This document shows positions 1 to 12,022 of a stretch of DNA of 64,000 nucleotides, one piece after another. The notes beneath the pieces are model-generated. The model was not told the DNA's origin, made no database searches, and was given only the letters and a program-made list of their open reading frames with translations. How positions within the stretch are numbered: position 1 is the stretch's first letter; each line of letters starts with the position of its first letter. The position numbers and the translations under genes are program-made. This DNA comes from Azolla caroliniana. Lineage: Eukaryota; Plantae; Polypodiophyta. The stretch lies in contig JBHGNT010000011.1 of the NCBI GenBank assembly GCA_043228905.1, positions 13,392,001-13,456,000 on the forward strand. Reading direction: 5' to 3'.

Positions 1-151
1 TCCGCGTTCTCCGTGCTGAAGGGTCGTGTCCCTGTGTATCCCCGGTCCTGCGTAGCCGGTTCTCTCTCTTTCTCCTCCCTCGCTTGCTCTTTGGTTCGAG
101 ACCCCCGCGGTCCCGCCTCGATTCCACACGCACTTGCTTAATATCACGACA
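1..151 (+). repeat. 5' LTR of A (partial)
   Basis: Appears identical to 6495-6645 and ends ...TCACGACA. Confidence 0.95.
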
Positions 152-155
152 TATT

Positions 156-173
156 TGGTGAACCCGACGTGAA
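156..173 (+). promoter_or_regulatory. Primer binding site, tRNA-Trp
   Basis: TGGTGAACCCGACGTGAA, 4 nt after the LTR, is complementary to the plant tRNA-Trp 3' end (..TTCACGTCGGGTTCACCA, recalled). Confidence 0.85.
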
Positions 174-195
174 GGAGGCGGCAGAAGAGCAGAAG

Positions 196-2310
196 ATGAG
201 GGGGTCGGATCTCGCAGAGGCCATGGCTTCGGCCGTGGATCGGATTGTAAACGCGCGCGAGAGCACCGGTGCCCTCGACAGAGCTATTGAGGCGGTCGTC
301 GGCACGATCGGCCGGTTCGATGGGAAGGATGCCACGAAGTATTTGGCGTCCTACGGTGCAGAGATGCTGATGCGGGACATTCCGGAGGAAAGGCGTCTTG
401 CCGGATTTCCCCGAGTGGCGATGCCGAGCATCCATGCGGAGGTGCTCGAGGTGCGGACGGAGAGCCGTACCTGGGAGGAGTTCGAAGGTCGGCTCCTAGA
501 GAAATACGGGCTGGACGACGCGCTCCGGCTTTCGAAGCGAAGGTTCATGGAATGGGTGGAGTCCCCGGGGAAGGGAAGAAACGCGTCGGCGCTCCTCCGG
601 GAGTTCGAGGAAAACTTTGCGCGCCTTTCGGCGCTCGACCGAACCATCCTGGACACGAGCCGGGTCTTGCTGTTTGTCAAGTCGGTCGACGAGCGGGATC
701 GGGAACAAGTGGGCCTCTTGCTGGAAACCGAAGACGGGCTCACTACCGACTGGGCGGCTGTCAGGAAGGTCTGTGGCCGTTTCGACAAACGGCGAGAATG
801 GGCGGATAACGGGGCGACCGGGTCGGGCTCGGTCGCAGCAAGGAAGCTCGAACCAGCGCCACAGGTGCGCAAGGAAGAGACCCGGGAGTGGTTGGAAACC
901 GGTTCGGCTTCGACTGGCGTAGTCAGAGGCTCAACCGGAGGAGCGGCGCTGGAGGAATTGACGAAGGCGATAAAGGACCTCCAAATCGCGCAGGCCCGAA
1001 GGGAAGGAGGCGAACCGGCTCGTGACCGACGGCCGGCGGCAGGAAACAGGTGCATGTGGTGCGATGAAGTCGGCCACATTCGGAAGGACTGCGGCGACTT
1101 CGCGGAGGCGCTGAGGGACAGGGTGGTGTACCTGTGGGAAGGACGGGTGCATGCCAGCGACACCCGAAGGGCCCTGAGCCGAAACGACGGAAAAGGTGGT
1201 ATGAAAAGGTTGATGGAAGAGGCGGCGGCCCGACACGCGGAAACCGTCCACTACTCGGCGTCGGCCGGCATTCGAGTCGGGGGCGGCGAGGCCCGAAGGG
1301 AAAGCAAAGCCGGATTCTGGCCGACGATACTGGAAGGCCTTGCCGGTGCAAGGCTTAGAAGGGAGGAATCGGACAGTGCGGAGAAACGGGTACGGGAGAT
1401 GACCGGGTGGAGCGACCCGGTCGAGGAACGGACGGGCTTCGTGGAAGCCGCTTGCCAGAACTACGAGGCTCTGGTAGAAGAGAAGCGGGTGGGGAAACCC
1501 GGGACGACCGGGCCCTCACAACGATACGAGACCCGGTCCGGGCCACGACGGGACGAAGCCGGCGGGGCCGGCACGCAAGATAAACCCCAGAAGGGCGGGT
1601 ACCGTCTGGGGACGGAGATAGAAAGGACCACGGACTTACGGAAGGTCCTGGAGGAACGGATCCTCGACAGCAAGGTGGAGCTGTCGTTACGAGAGGTGCT
1701 GGGAATCGCCAAGAAGGAGTTCCACGACTCCATCGTGGACTTGGTGAAACGGAAGAGGCTGTCGACGGAGACAGAACCGGAAAGACCGGTGGAAGTGCGG
1801 ACGACGCACCTAGACGACATGGCGCTGGGAGACGAGTGGGCGGAAAGCCACTATTCGAGACCACACTGGGCCCGAGCGACCACGGAGACCCCGGTGAGGA
1901 TCGGCGATGTCCGGGAACCGGTGATAGCTTTGGTGGACCACGGATCGGAGATCAATTTGATGTCCATGGACTTCTATAAGAAGGGCAAATGGCCGATCAA
2001 CACCAAGCACGGGTGGAAAATAAGGGCGGCAACGCGCGCCACCGAGGAACTGCACGGGGCCTGTCCGAATGTGCGAGTCAAGATCGGCGACGTCGAGATT
2101 GACCAGCACTTCTTCGTGCAGGAGACGTCTTCGCATCCGGTCATTCTGGGAGAGCCGTACATCACGGCGGCGCGAATGGAGACCAAAGTGCTGGACAATG
2201 GTTCGGCCTACGCGAGGGTCAAAAGCCAAGACGGGCGCCACTCGGTCCAGTTTCTGACGGTACGGCCGAACCACGAACGTAACCGCGATTCCCTCGGTTC
2301 CGAAACCTGA
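196..2310 (+). CDS. gag: Gag-protease polyprotein of A
   Basis: CCHC knuckle CMWCDEVGHIRKDC, aspartic protease motifs ALVDHGSEIN and VILGEPY. First ATG is at 196 (ORF track starts at GTG 169). TGA 2308 is probably a mutated CGA, with the natural stop TAG at 2320-2322. Confidence 0.85.
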   Translation: MRGSDLAEAMASAVDRIVNARESTGALDRAIEAVVGTIGRFDGKDATKYLASYGAEMLMRDIPEERRLAGFPRVAMPSIHAEVLEVRTESRTWEEFEGRLLEKYGLDDALRLSKRRFMEWVESPGKGRNASALLREFEENFARLSALDRTILDTSRVLLFVKSVDERDREQVGLLLETEDGLTTDWAAVRKVCGRFDKRREWADNGATGSGSVAARKLEPAPQVRKEETREWLETGSASTGVVRGSTGGAALEELTKAIKDLQIAQARREGGEPARDRRPAAGNRCMWCDEVGHIRKDCGDFAEALRDRVVYLWEGRVHASDTRRALSRNDGKGGMKRLMEEAAARHAETVHYSASAGIRVGGGEARRESKAGFWPTILEGLAGARLRREESDSAEKRVREMTGWSDPVEERTGFVEAACQNYEALVEEKRVGKPGTTGPSQRYETRSGPRRDEAGGAGTQDKPQKGGYRLGTEIERTTDLRKVLEERILDSKVELSLREVLGIAKKEFHDSIVDLVKRKRLSTETEPERPVEVRTTHLDDMALGDEWAESHYSRPHWARATTETPVRIGDVREPVIALVDHGSEINLMSMDFYKKGKWPINTKHGWKIRAATRATEELHGACPNVRVKIGDVEIDQHFFVQETSSHPVILGEPYITAARMETKVLDNGSAYARVKSQDGRHSVQFLTVRPNHERNRDSLGSET

Positions 2311-2312
2311 GA

Positions 2313-2378
2313 GGATTTTTAGAGAGGACTGCCAAGGCGTGGGGCCGCGACAGTCCGGATGCTCCGGAAAAACCCCAC
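2313..2378 (+). promoter_or_regulatory. Putative -1 programmed ribosomal frameshift signal
   Basis: G_GAT_TTT at 2313-2319, 6-nt spacer, stem GGACTG(2326-31)/CAGTCC(2351-56), second stem GTGGGG(2339-44)/CCCCAC(2373-78). The -1 frame is open into RT. Confidence 0.75.
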
Positions 2379-5300
2379 ATCTGTACGATAAAACCGTGTA
2401 CAATAGGTAGGAAAATTTGCTTCTCCGACAGCGGAGCATGTACGATGGTCGGCATCACCGGCCGAGAGAAAACAAAGACGGAGGGGAGACTTCGGGCGTG
2501 CGGAGTTCTCGGCCCTGACGAAGGAATCAACGGAGCCGTGGAGGCGGTCTCTTTCGACGACACCTTGGGAATGCTGGGGAAGGTAGTCGAAGAAGACCTT
2601 AACGAAGACCGGACGATACCGGTATGTTCCGAAGAAATGTACGAAGTCATCGCGGACTTCGGTCGAGGGCTCGGGTCGGAACGGACGGCTCGAGTGAGTA
2701 CCAAGTACAAGACGGTGTACCGGAAGGTGAGGCCAGTTGCGGCGCCCTTACCGGAGGACAGTGAATCCCGGATTAAAGGGGTTGCATCGGACCCCAGCTT
2801 ACGAGATCAGGCCTGCATAGGACACACCTTCACCAACGAGACGCTCCGCGAGCTGAAGATCGGTGGGGGCGGGTTCCTACTGCCGGCGGAGGAAGACCGG
2901 TTCCGGAGAATGCTCGGAAGGCACGGGAAAGCCTTCGCATTCTCGCCGGAGGAAATCGGGTGCGTGGACCCGACGATCGTCGAGCCGATGGTGATATTCA
3001 CGGTACCTCATGTACCGTGGAATCTCAAGCCAATTTCGGTTCCGAGAGCTCACATCCCGAAGTTGATGGAGCTGTTGAAGCAGAAAGTTGATATGGGCAT
3101 TCTCGAGCCGTCGAGCGCCCCGTATTCGAACCGCTGGTTTACCGTACCAAAGAAAAACGGATCATTGCGCTTCATTCAGGACCTGCAGCCGGTCAATAGA
3201 GTGACCATTTGGAACGCGGGGATCGGACCGACCATAGACGAGTTCGCGGAGGCCTTCGCCGGAAGGTCGATTTACTCGGTCGGTGATCTATATTCAGGGT
3301 ACGACCAGTTCCAGCTAGCCGTGGAGAGCAGAGACATTACGACGATGCGAACTCCCCTCGGCCTAGTGCGGATGTGTACGCTGCCGCAAGGAGGGACCAA
3401 CTCGGTGGCCCACATGGTGAATGCAATGAACAAGGTGCTGAGGGACTGCATCCCGGACATCACCATGCCGTTTCTAGACGACATCCCGATCAAGGGATGC
3501 CCGGTAGAAGAGAAGGACGAGACGATCGGGCCGGACGGATGCCGGCGATTCGTGGTAACGCACATCGACGACTGCGAGAAGGTGCTGCAAAGGCTAGAGG
3601 ATGCGAGGCTAACCTTCTCGGGGGAGAAATCAGCCTTCGGACAGTCGGAAATCATGGTGGTCGGACACTTGTGTGGGTCGTATGGCCGGAAACCGTCTCC
3701 GGCAAAGGTAGAAGCCATCTCCGCGATGAAGCCCGACTGCAGCTCGGTCACGGAAGTACGAAGATTCCTGGGGGCATGCGCATTCTACCACATATGGATC
3801 CCGCATTACGCGCACGTCGCGGAGCCGCTGTACGGGTTATTGAAGAAAGGGCGAAGATTCGAATGGCTAGACAAGCACACGGAGTCGGTCCGGAAGCTGA
3901 AGGAGGCTCTTTCGGCAGCACCGGCGCTCCGAAAGGCCGTTTACAGGAAGGGCACCCCAGTGTACATAACGGTTGACACGAGTCCGACCGGAATCGGGTG
4001 GGTCGTCAACCAAGAAGATGAGGACGGCAATCGGTTTCCGGTCCGATTCGGTGCGAAGGTCCTCAGCGAACGGCAGCGAGGATACGCCCAGGTTAAACGC
4101 GAGCTCTGGGGTATCGTTTCGGCGGTGAAGGCCGACAAGGACTATCTGATCGGGACAGAGGTAATTATAGAGACGGATTGCATGCCGATTCTCGGCATGA
4201 TTTCCGGATGCGCGACGCCGGACCTGGCAATGCTCAGGTGGATAGCGTACATCAAGTCCCTGGACCCGGAAATACGACACATTTCCGGGAAAGACAACGC
4301 CATGGCCGACATGCTTTCAAGGGCAAGATTCGATGACGAGGGCGGCATGGTTTCGGAGGACGAAGACGTCGGCGTGGACTTCTTCGAGACTGCGTATGTA
4401 ACAACAGACGGAACAAGCACTCCGGCGCTTAACGACTTCGACGCGAGCAAGTACGACGGGGAGTGGCTGCAGATCGGTGGGTTTCTGAAGACAATGACGC
4501 CCGATGCGTCATGGACGAAGGACGAGGCCGACCGGATCCGGAAGAGAGCGTACCGGTTCTTTCTCCGGGATGGCTGTCTATGGAAGCACCCGAAGAAGAG
4601 GAACGGCGTTCCGCTCCGGGTGGTGGCGATGAAGGAAGAACGGGAGGAGCTGCTGACGGCCTACCACGACAGCCCTTGGGCTGGACACCGTGGAACATGG
4701 GCTACGTTCGAGAAACTGAAGGGGAAGTATTGGTGGCCGGGGCAGTACCAGGACGTGCATCGGTTCGTGACAACTTGCGAGAGCTGCCAGATGCACTCCT
4801 TAGTCCGACATCGAGACGAGCTTCACCCTACGTAGCCTCCGGCCATCCATTTCAAATGGATGGTAGATCTGGTAACGATGCCAATGGGTGTAGGACAGTT
4901 GCGGTACCTGGTCCTAGCGCGGGAGGATCTGACGAACCAGGTGGAAGGCCGGGCCCTTCCGAACAAAACGACCGCGGCCGTATGCCGGTTCCTAATCGAG
5001 GACGTGATATGCCGGTACGGGTGCGTCGGGAAGATCGTGGCTGACCGAGGGGAGTTGGACGCCGAAGAAGCCGCGGAGCTGTTCGACCGGCTGGGAGTCA
5101 AGCTCGCGCTCACCACTGCGTACAATCCGGAGGCGAATGGAAAGGTGGAGCGCGGACACGGACCGATCGTCAAGGCGTTGGTCCGGGCATGCGGAGGCCG
5201 AATCGATGACTGGCCGCGGCTGCTACCTTATGCTTTGTGGGCAGACCGGACCACGCACAGTTCGGTAACCGGGTACATGCCAACGGAGCTCATGTTCGGC

Positions 5301-5801
5301 CAGAAGCCGATCATGCCGATAGAACGGACGATCTCCTCGTGGGCGACGGTCGACTGGAGGGACGAGATGAGCCGGGAGGAGTTGTTGGCCGCGCGCATAC
5401 GACAGCTCGAGCAGAGACCGGAGGACGTGGAACTGGCTACGGAGAAGCTCCGGGTGGCGAGGAAAAAGAACAAAGCCAGGTTCGACCGAACGCACCGGCT
5501 CCGACCGAAGAAAATCGAAGAAGGTGACTGGGTGCTCGTCTACGACAGCAGCCTCGACAACCAGCACCGAGCTACACGGAAGTTCGCACGAAGGTGGTTC
5601 GGGCCTTACGCAGTACGGAGCGCCAATGACAACGGGACATATCACCTGGCGGAACTTGACGACACGATAGTGGCGATACCGGTTGCAGGGAAGCGGGTCA
5701 AAGCGTTCAAAAAGCGACACGACGACGAGCCGGACCCGGTTCTCCTGGTCGGCAGTGACGAACGATCCGAAAACGAGGAAGAACCGACGGGCGAGGAATG
5801 A
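2316..5801 (+). pseudogene. pol: RT-RNaseH-integrase of A, one in-frame TAG at 4833-4835
   Basis: RT motifs LPQG and PFLDDIPIKG, RNase H TVDTSPTG/ETDC, integrase HHCC, DDE core and WFGPY. ORFs 2445-4835 and 4860-5801 share one frame. Confidence 0.9.
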
Positions 5802-5859
5802 AGACGGGCCGGTTTTCTCCGTCCCAACTCTCTTGGCGCATACCGGAGGATGCGCGGTT

Positions 5860-5872
5860 AGGTGGGGGCGGA
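5860..5872 (+). promoter_or_regulatory. Polypurine tract of A
   Basis: AGGTGGGGGCGGA directly before the TG of the 3' LTR. Confidence 0.75.
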
Positions 5873-6645
5873 TGTCGTGAAGAAAACCGTCCATAGGCGG
5901 AATCGGCGCACCAAGGCGTGGGAACCGGTTCTTCACGCGCGCACGCTCCAAGTTGTACATAGAAGCGAATCGGGAGGATAATCGGCAGGAACGGGCCCTA
6001 ACTCAAGTGGAGACAAAGACCGCGCGAACAGTCTTTTCGGTCGCGCGCGCGAACTGTACGAGTCGGCGGCGTAACTACGCGGATGCGTGGAAAACGGAGC
6101 GGATCCCTGTCCAAAAGAGACAGGGAATAAAGCTGACAGGACGGCCTGCTCGACGGCCTATATAAGGAGCGGGAAAGAGCTGTGGCAGGGGGATCGGGGG
6201 ACGGAGAGGACGAAGTGCTGTCGGACCGTTTCTGGACGCTTCTCTCTCTCTGTTTCCTTCCTTCTGGAGCTCCATAGCTTTCTGTGCAGGGTTCCGAGGA
6301 GGCTCGCGCTGTTTCGAGGAACGCCCGAGTGCTTCCGGCAGCCCCTTTGTGCGTCGAAGTGAACAGGCATCGGCATCTGTTCGCCGGCCTGTTCGGTTGT
6401 AACCAACCTGTGCCCCGTCGAGGGTTGTAGTCGTGATTAGCCATTTTCTTAATATACATATTAAGTCATTCACATCTGTCTGTGTTGGTCTCTGTCCGCG
6501 TTCTCCGTGCTGAAGGGTCGTGTCCCTGTGTATCCCCGGTCCTGCGTAGCCGGTTCTCTCTCTTTCTCCTCCCTCGCTTGCTCTTTGGTTCGAGACCCCC
6601 GCGGTCCCGCCTCGATTCCACACGCACTTGCTTAATATCACGACA
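5873..6645 (+). repeat. 3' LTR of A (773 bp)
   Basis: Inverted termini TGTCGTGA...TCACGACA, TATA-like CTATATAAG near 6158, CT tract. Confidence 0.93.
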
Positions 6646-9600
6646 GCGGTGAATGGGTTAGGTGGCATAGGGCCCAGGTAAGGTTTGAGCTGAAACATAT
6701 TCACCTTTTGTCGTCCTACTTCCCCAGCCAGCGTACCTAGTTGGAACGTGCCTTGTTTCGCTCCAATTATCCAGTATGGGCCGGTCCAGCGGAATCGTAA
6801 CTTCCCTAGCATATGGCCCATGAGAGTTTGGAAAACTAGCTGCATCGCTCGGCCCACGGCGAACTCCTTTTCCTTTGCGTTCCGATGTCAATCCACAAAT
6901 GCTTTACGCTGTCGTTGTTCTTGCTCCAACACAGCCATGCTGTGTACGTGTTTTTCCCCGAGTTCGAGGAGTTGGTGGAGCCGTACCTCCACCAACTTGG
7001 CTTCTGATAGTCGGTTCCGTACCTGAATTCGCAAACTGGATACCTGAAATTCGACCGGCATCACAGCCTCCAGCCCAAACGCTAGTCGATACGGTGTTGA
7101 CTGTATGCTTGTTTTGTAGCTGGTTCTATACGCCCATAACACACTCTGTAATTTAGTATCCCAGTCCGTTTTATTTTCATTGATGATTTTCTTCAAAATG
7201 GTCTGCAAGGTCTTCTTGGTGGATTCTGCTAATCCATTCACCTGCGGATAATATGGCGTACTCTTCTTATGGACTACGACGTAATGATGTGTTAGTTCCC
7301 GAACCACCGTATTGAGAAAGTGACTACCCTGGTCACTAATGAGCTCAATCGGACAGCCGAACTGGCACTAGATGTGCTCGTAAAGGAATCTGGTTGTGAC
7401 AACCGCCGTATTTTCCCGTAGTGCCTTTGCTTCTACCCACTTGGTGCAATAATCCATGGCTACCAATATGTATTTATTGCCCGTACGGGCTGCTGCCGGT
7501 GTGAAGGGGCCCACAAAATCCAATCCCCACTTTTGGAAGGGGTCTAGCGGTAATACGGGCTGGTGTGGCATCCTTGCGCCCTCCGCGGGCTGGCCCATCC
7601 GTTGACACAAATCACACTTTCTACAATACTAGGATGCGTCCTTCTGCATTGTTGGCCACCATAAGCCCGCTTGCCATACTTTTCAGGCTGTAACGTTGCC
7701 CACGTAATGGCCGCCTGCCGTGCCGCAGTGTGCCTCCCGTAAAACTGCTTCCTTCTCATCCTGACGTACCCCACGTCGCCAAATGTCGTCACTTCCTTTG
7801 TGATATAAAACGCCTTCAACGAGGCAGAAGTGACGGCTTCGGACGGCTAGTCATTTCTTCTCGTCCGTGCGTAATTGTGGTGGAGTCAGTCCCGTAGTCA
7901 AAAAGTACGTCATTTCCATAAGCCACCAGTCCGGAAAGGTCGATTCCGTTCTTTCTCCTAGTGTTGCTACCCGCAGGATATCGGCGTCCGGAAAATCTTC
8001 GTCATCCTTCTGTAATGTTTCTCCATTCTCGAGTCTGCCCAAAAAATCTGCTACTGCATGTTGCGTCCCTAGTCAGTGCTGGATTACGAAATCGAATTCC
8101 TAGAGCAGCAGCATCCACCGCGCCAATTTCCCCGTCAGAGCTTGTTTCTCCACCAAATACAGCAGCACCGAATGATCCACGTGGAACGTGAATTTCCTTC
8201 CTAATAAATAATGCCGGAATTTATTGATGTTATAAATCATCCCTAGTGCCTCCCGCTTTGTTGTGGAATAGTTACGCTCTGCTGTTGATAATTTGTGACT
8301 AGTGTAGTATATTGGCCGGTACCAGTTTGGTTCGGTGAGCTGCATTAGTGCACTTCCTATTGCTATGTCTGAGGCGTCGACGAACACGTGGAATGGCTTC
8401 CCCCAAACTGGTGGTTGTATGACGGGAGCCTGTATGAGCATTATCTAAAGTGCCTCATAGGCCTTATTCTCCATTGCAGTCCAGTGGAAAGGAGTCTGAT
8501 GTATGGCAGCATGTAACGGCGTGGCGAAGTCCACCAAATACCGTATCATCTGACTATGCCACCGTATTTGTCCTAAAAACCGGCTGAGAGATTTGGCGTT
8601 TGTCGGAGTTTTGGCTTGCGCAATCGCGGAGATCTTGTTCGGATCAACCGTTATTCCCTTCTTGCTAACTATATGGCCCAGGAGAGTCCCGTTGGTCACG
8701 CGGAAAGCACATTTCGCGGGATTCAAGCTTAAGCGTGCGGTGCGGCAACGTTCTAGGCACAGTTGTAAGTGCGTAAAATGGTCTATTGTTCTCCCATATA
8801 CCGCAAAGTCATCTAAAAAAACTTGCATGAACGCCGGAATGTATTCCCCAAAGATCTCCGTAATTGTCCGTTGAAATGTTGTTGGCGTCGTCTTTAGCCC
8901 GAACATCATGACGACTGCCACATATACTCCCCAGTCCATGACAAATGCCGTCTTTTCTTGGTCCTCGGGATGCATGCATACCTGGTTATAGCCATTGAAA
9001 CCATCTAAAATACTGTACATCTCATGACCTGCGACGGCATCCAGTACGCTATCGGTGAAGGGTAAGGGAAATGCGTCCGTAATGGTTACGGCATTTAATT
9101 TTCGGTAATCTACGCATACTCGTATTTTTCTGTTTTTCTTTGGAACGACCACTATCAGGCTTAACCATGTCGCTTGTTTAACTAGTCGTATGAACCCCGC
9201 CTTCAGGAGCTTGTCAATTTCTTCTTTCACGCGGGTCGCATAGTTCGGGTTCATGCGGTAGCGGCGCTGCGGACGGGTTTCGCGTCGGTTGCTAAATTGA
9301 TCTTATGCTGATAGAACTTGGGATCTAACCCCTTCATGTTCTCGTGAGCCCAAGCGAACACATCCTTATATTCCGTGAGTAGTGCAATCATCGTGTTTCG
9401 CTCGTCCGGCCTTAATTCCTTTGCGATGGAGAGGAAATGGGGCTCCGATTCCGTACCCACATTTACTTCTTCCAAGGCGGAAGCGGTGACTCGTCGTGAA
9501 ATCTCCATTTCCCTTTCGAATGCCACCCGTGCTCTGTTGAGTTCCAATATGGACTCTGGGTTTGGTTTGTAAGCCTCGTCGTGGAGCACAGTGGTCGTGG

Positions 9601-11969
9601 CATATCCAGTTGCGGTTGCGATGACGTCGATTTCGAACAACAGAATGATCTGTGGGTGCTCATCTAGGTATGCCTCTAATTCAGCATCCTCCACCCCAGC
9701 CAGCATATTTATATCTTTTGCGTATAATGGTGTTATACCCTTGGGTTGTGGCGTGCTTCCTTCCGTAGGTACGTAAACCTTGGTGCATCCGTGTCGAAAA
9801 CTGATACACTTGTGTTGCCAACTCTACTTGATATTTGCTGCCCGAAGCCATGGTCTGCCCAGAAGCACTGCGTACGCCCCTGGGGCGTCCAAAGCGAGGA
9901 TGACCGTCGAGATGTCGAAGCAGTGTCCACCCACGATAATGCCTATTTTGCGAATTAACCCCAATGGTTGTACTGAGCGGGTATCTGCCATTCGGAGCTA
10001 GAATTGGAAATCCTCCCATTCTGAAATGCCTAACTGCTCGCAAGTTTGGGCGCTAATTACATTGACGCCTGAGCTGTTGTCGATTACGCGTCTAGGAATT
10101 CCTGTCCGTGTAATATTAATGTAATAGCTGGGTTATGCTAATCCACTACCGGCGGTCCATCGCTAACGTCTGTAAGGTTTGTAGCGATACTCACCCCGGG
10201 TATGCCTGTCACCCGTTCTTCCATGGTCTGCCGGAAGCGTAGGACTAGCTGCAGCAATTTCTCCTTCGTTAATGTTATCTCACAGCCCGCTAACGCCTGC
10301 CAAATGGGGTCTGGGACTAGTCTTTCATCCTCTGCTCACTCCATTGTGTTCGCAGACTCCTTCCGCATGCGTTCCATATTTGTCGCGTTTGCTTTTTCCA
10401 CCCACACTTGGGCTTGTCGGCGTATCTCTTCTTGCACAACCCAATCAGCCGTTTTTGTTTGCTGGCGTGTCGTGACTTGCTGCACTTTCGCCGTAATCGT
10501 ATTGACAACGTGCCCCTTTTTCCTTGCGTGCTGGGCATTGCGTGGCATAATGTCCAGGTTGCTGACAAATAAAACAATGGATGCTTGATTCACCCTTCTC
10601 GGCTCCTGGTGGTGTGTGCCGCTCCCCTGGTGCTACTTGCTCCTCGCGGTCCGGCCTCGTTTGTCAGCGTATGCGGTGGTTGTTGTTGGTCCCGTCGTTG
10701 TTCCTGGTGTCGCTCATCTCCCGAGCTTTCGTCATAACGCCGGTGATATCGATATTGACGTGGCTTACCACGGTAACCATTGAAGTCGCCCCGTTTGTTT
10801 GTCGGCCAGTGATTCTCGTAGCGCCGACCCCCTTTAGCATAACTCAGATGTCCATGATAATCCTCGTCCTCTGGTTCGTCCTCCTCGGAATTGTTGTGAT
10901 TTCGGCGATTCCGGTGGTGCCAGTCATCCCGTGGGTTGCGATCCCTATACTATGGTCGGTCTTCTTGCCTCCTTTGTTCAGTCTGGTGTGGTGGACGTTG
11001 GATGTCCATGCTGCGGACTGTGGGAGTGGCTCTATTCAACATATTGTATTCGCATTGGTCGACTGTGTGAGCCTTTGAGTCGCAGATTGGGCAGTGGATT
11101 CGCATATTGCACTCCATTGCGGAATGCCCCGAGTTCAAGCAAATCGTGCACTGGATTGCTTGACGAAACTGGCGTTCCTCGTCCTGGGGTAACGCTTGTC
11201 GTAAGGAGGACATAGAAAACCTTTCCTCCTCCTCGTCCAACTCGAGCTGTAATGCTCATTCAATGACCATATCTGTTGTTTCCCCTTTCACGCTATTGTT
11301 GTTGAGCGTTGCCCGGATGGGTTGGCGTAATGTTGCTAGAAATGTTTCTCGAGCCTCATCCTTCGCGGGGCTTCGTTCTAGTTTCAGTCGTAAATTTTGG
11401 AAACGTAAGCTGAAGTCTGCTATCGTCTCGGTCGACAGTTGCTTAATCGTATAGAACTATCTGAGGATTTCACGTTGTGGAACCCTCCGATGGAAGAACC
11501 GCAAGAAAGCGGACTGCAACTGATCGAAGGTTGTTATTGTTGGTAAATCTATCTGTGAATGCCAAAACGCCGCTCACCCATCCAATGTTAACCCGAACTC
11601 CGTCATTTTCGACTGGTTTGCTACCGCCTCCAAAAGGCTCTGTGCCATGTGGTTTGCATTCCAAACATTCAGAAACATGCGAATATGAGTTGCAGTGTCA
11701 GTTTCGCCGTTAAAGCGGGGGTAGGCAAAGGCCATGGTGGGGGCTACGGCGGGTCGGGAAAGACCACAGGGTGGCTATGGTGAGCGTAGTCCCCGTGTCT
11801 CGTCGAGGTATTTGGAGAGCGAAGAATCACCTTTGTACTTACAGCAGGTAGTATTGAGGTTGTTGAGGCGAGGCTTTTGCCGTGCGCGTTCTTCTGCCTG
11901 GCGTGTGATGGACCTTGTTATTGGCCGGTCTTGTCGTATTGGTTCTCTGGGGCGTCTACGGCTAAACAT
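6646..11969 (-). pseudogene. gag-pol: gag-pol pseudogene of B
   Basis: ORF fragments 10950-11240, 9251-9706, 8445-9254, 8100-8441, 7368-7610 and 6888-7307 align with the E polyprotein. Confidence 0.9.
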
Positions 11970-12004
11970 CCATTGTCGTTGCTCGTCTGTGAGAAGACAC
12001 AGAT

Positions 12005-12018
12005 CACTGGGCGTGCCA
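12005..12018 (-). promoter_or_regulatory. PBS of B, tRNA-Arg(UCU)
   Basis: Minus strand TGGCACGCCCAGTG, 4 nt after the LTR, complementary to ..CACTGGGCGTGCCA (recalled plant tRNA-Arg UCU 3' end). Confidence 0.8.
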
Positions 12019-12022
12019 AAAG

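Larger units (their letters stand above)
1..6645 (+). mobile_element. Ty3/Gypsy LTR retrotransposon A (5' LTR cut by window edge), young, with two premature stops
   Basis: 1-151 matches the end of the 3' LTR (5873-6645). PBS, gag-PR-RT-RH-INT order and PPT are present. It is inserted into the integrase C-terminus of element B. Confidence 0.95.

Noticed and set aside
2308-2310. TGA as a programmed readthrough codon
   Set aside because: It lacks a CARYYA or CUA-type context and a TAG follows four codons later; a single CGA>TGA mutation is simpler. Other copies are needed to settle it.
4833-4835. TAG inside integrase as a recoding site
   Set aside because: It lies between the zinc finger and the catalytic core with no recoding context; most likely a point mutation.
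351-5960. Long antisense and alternate-frame ORFs over element A (and similar ones over C1, C2, E and F)
   Set aside because: These are shadow ORFs expected from GC-rich biased codon usage; they carry no recognisable motifs.
6075-6857. 260-aa minus-strand ORF as a new gene
   Set aside because: It is a chimera of B's integrase C-terminus reading through into A's LTR. ORFs 38302-39225 and 41201-44389 have similar read-through tails.
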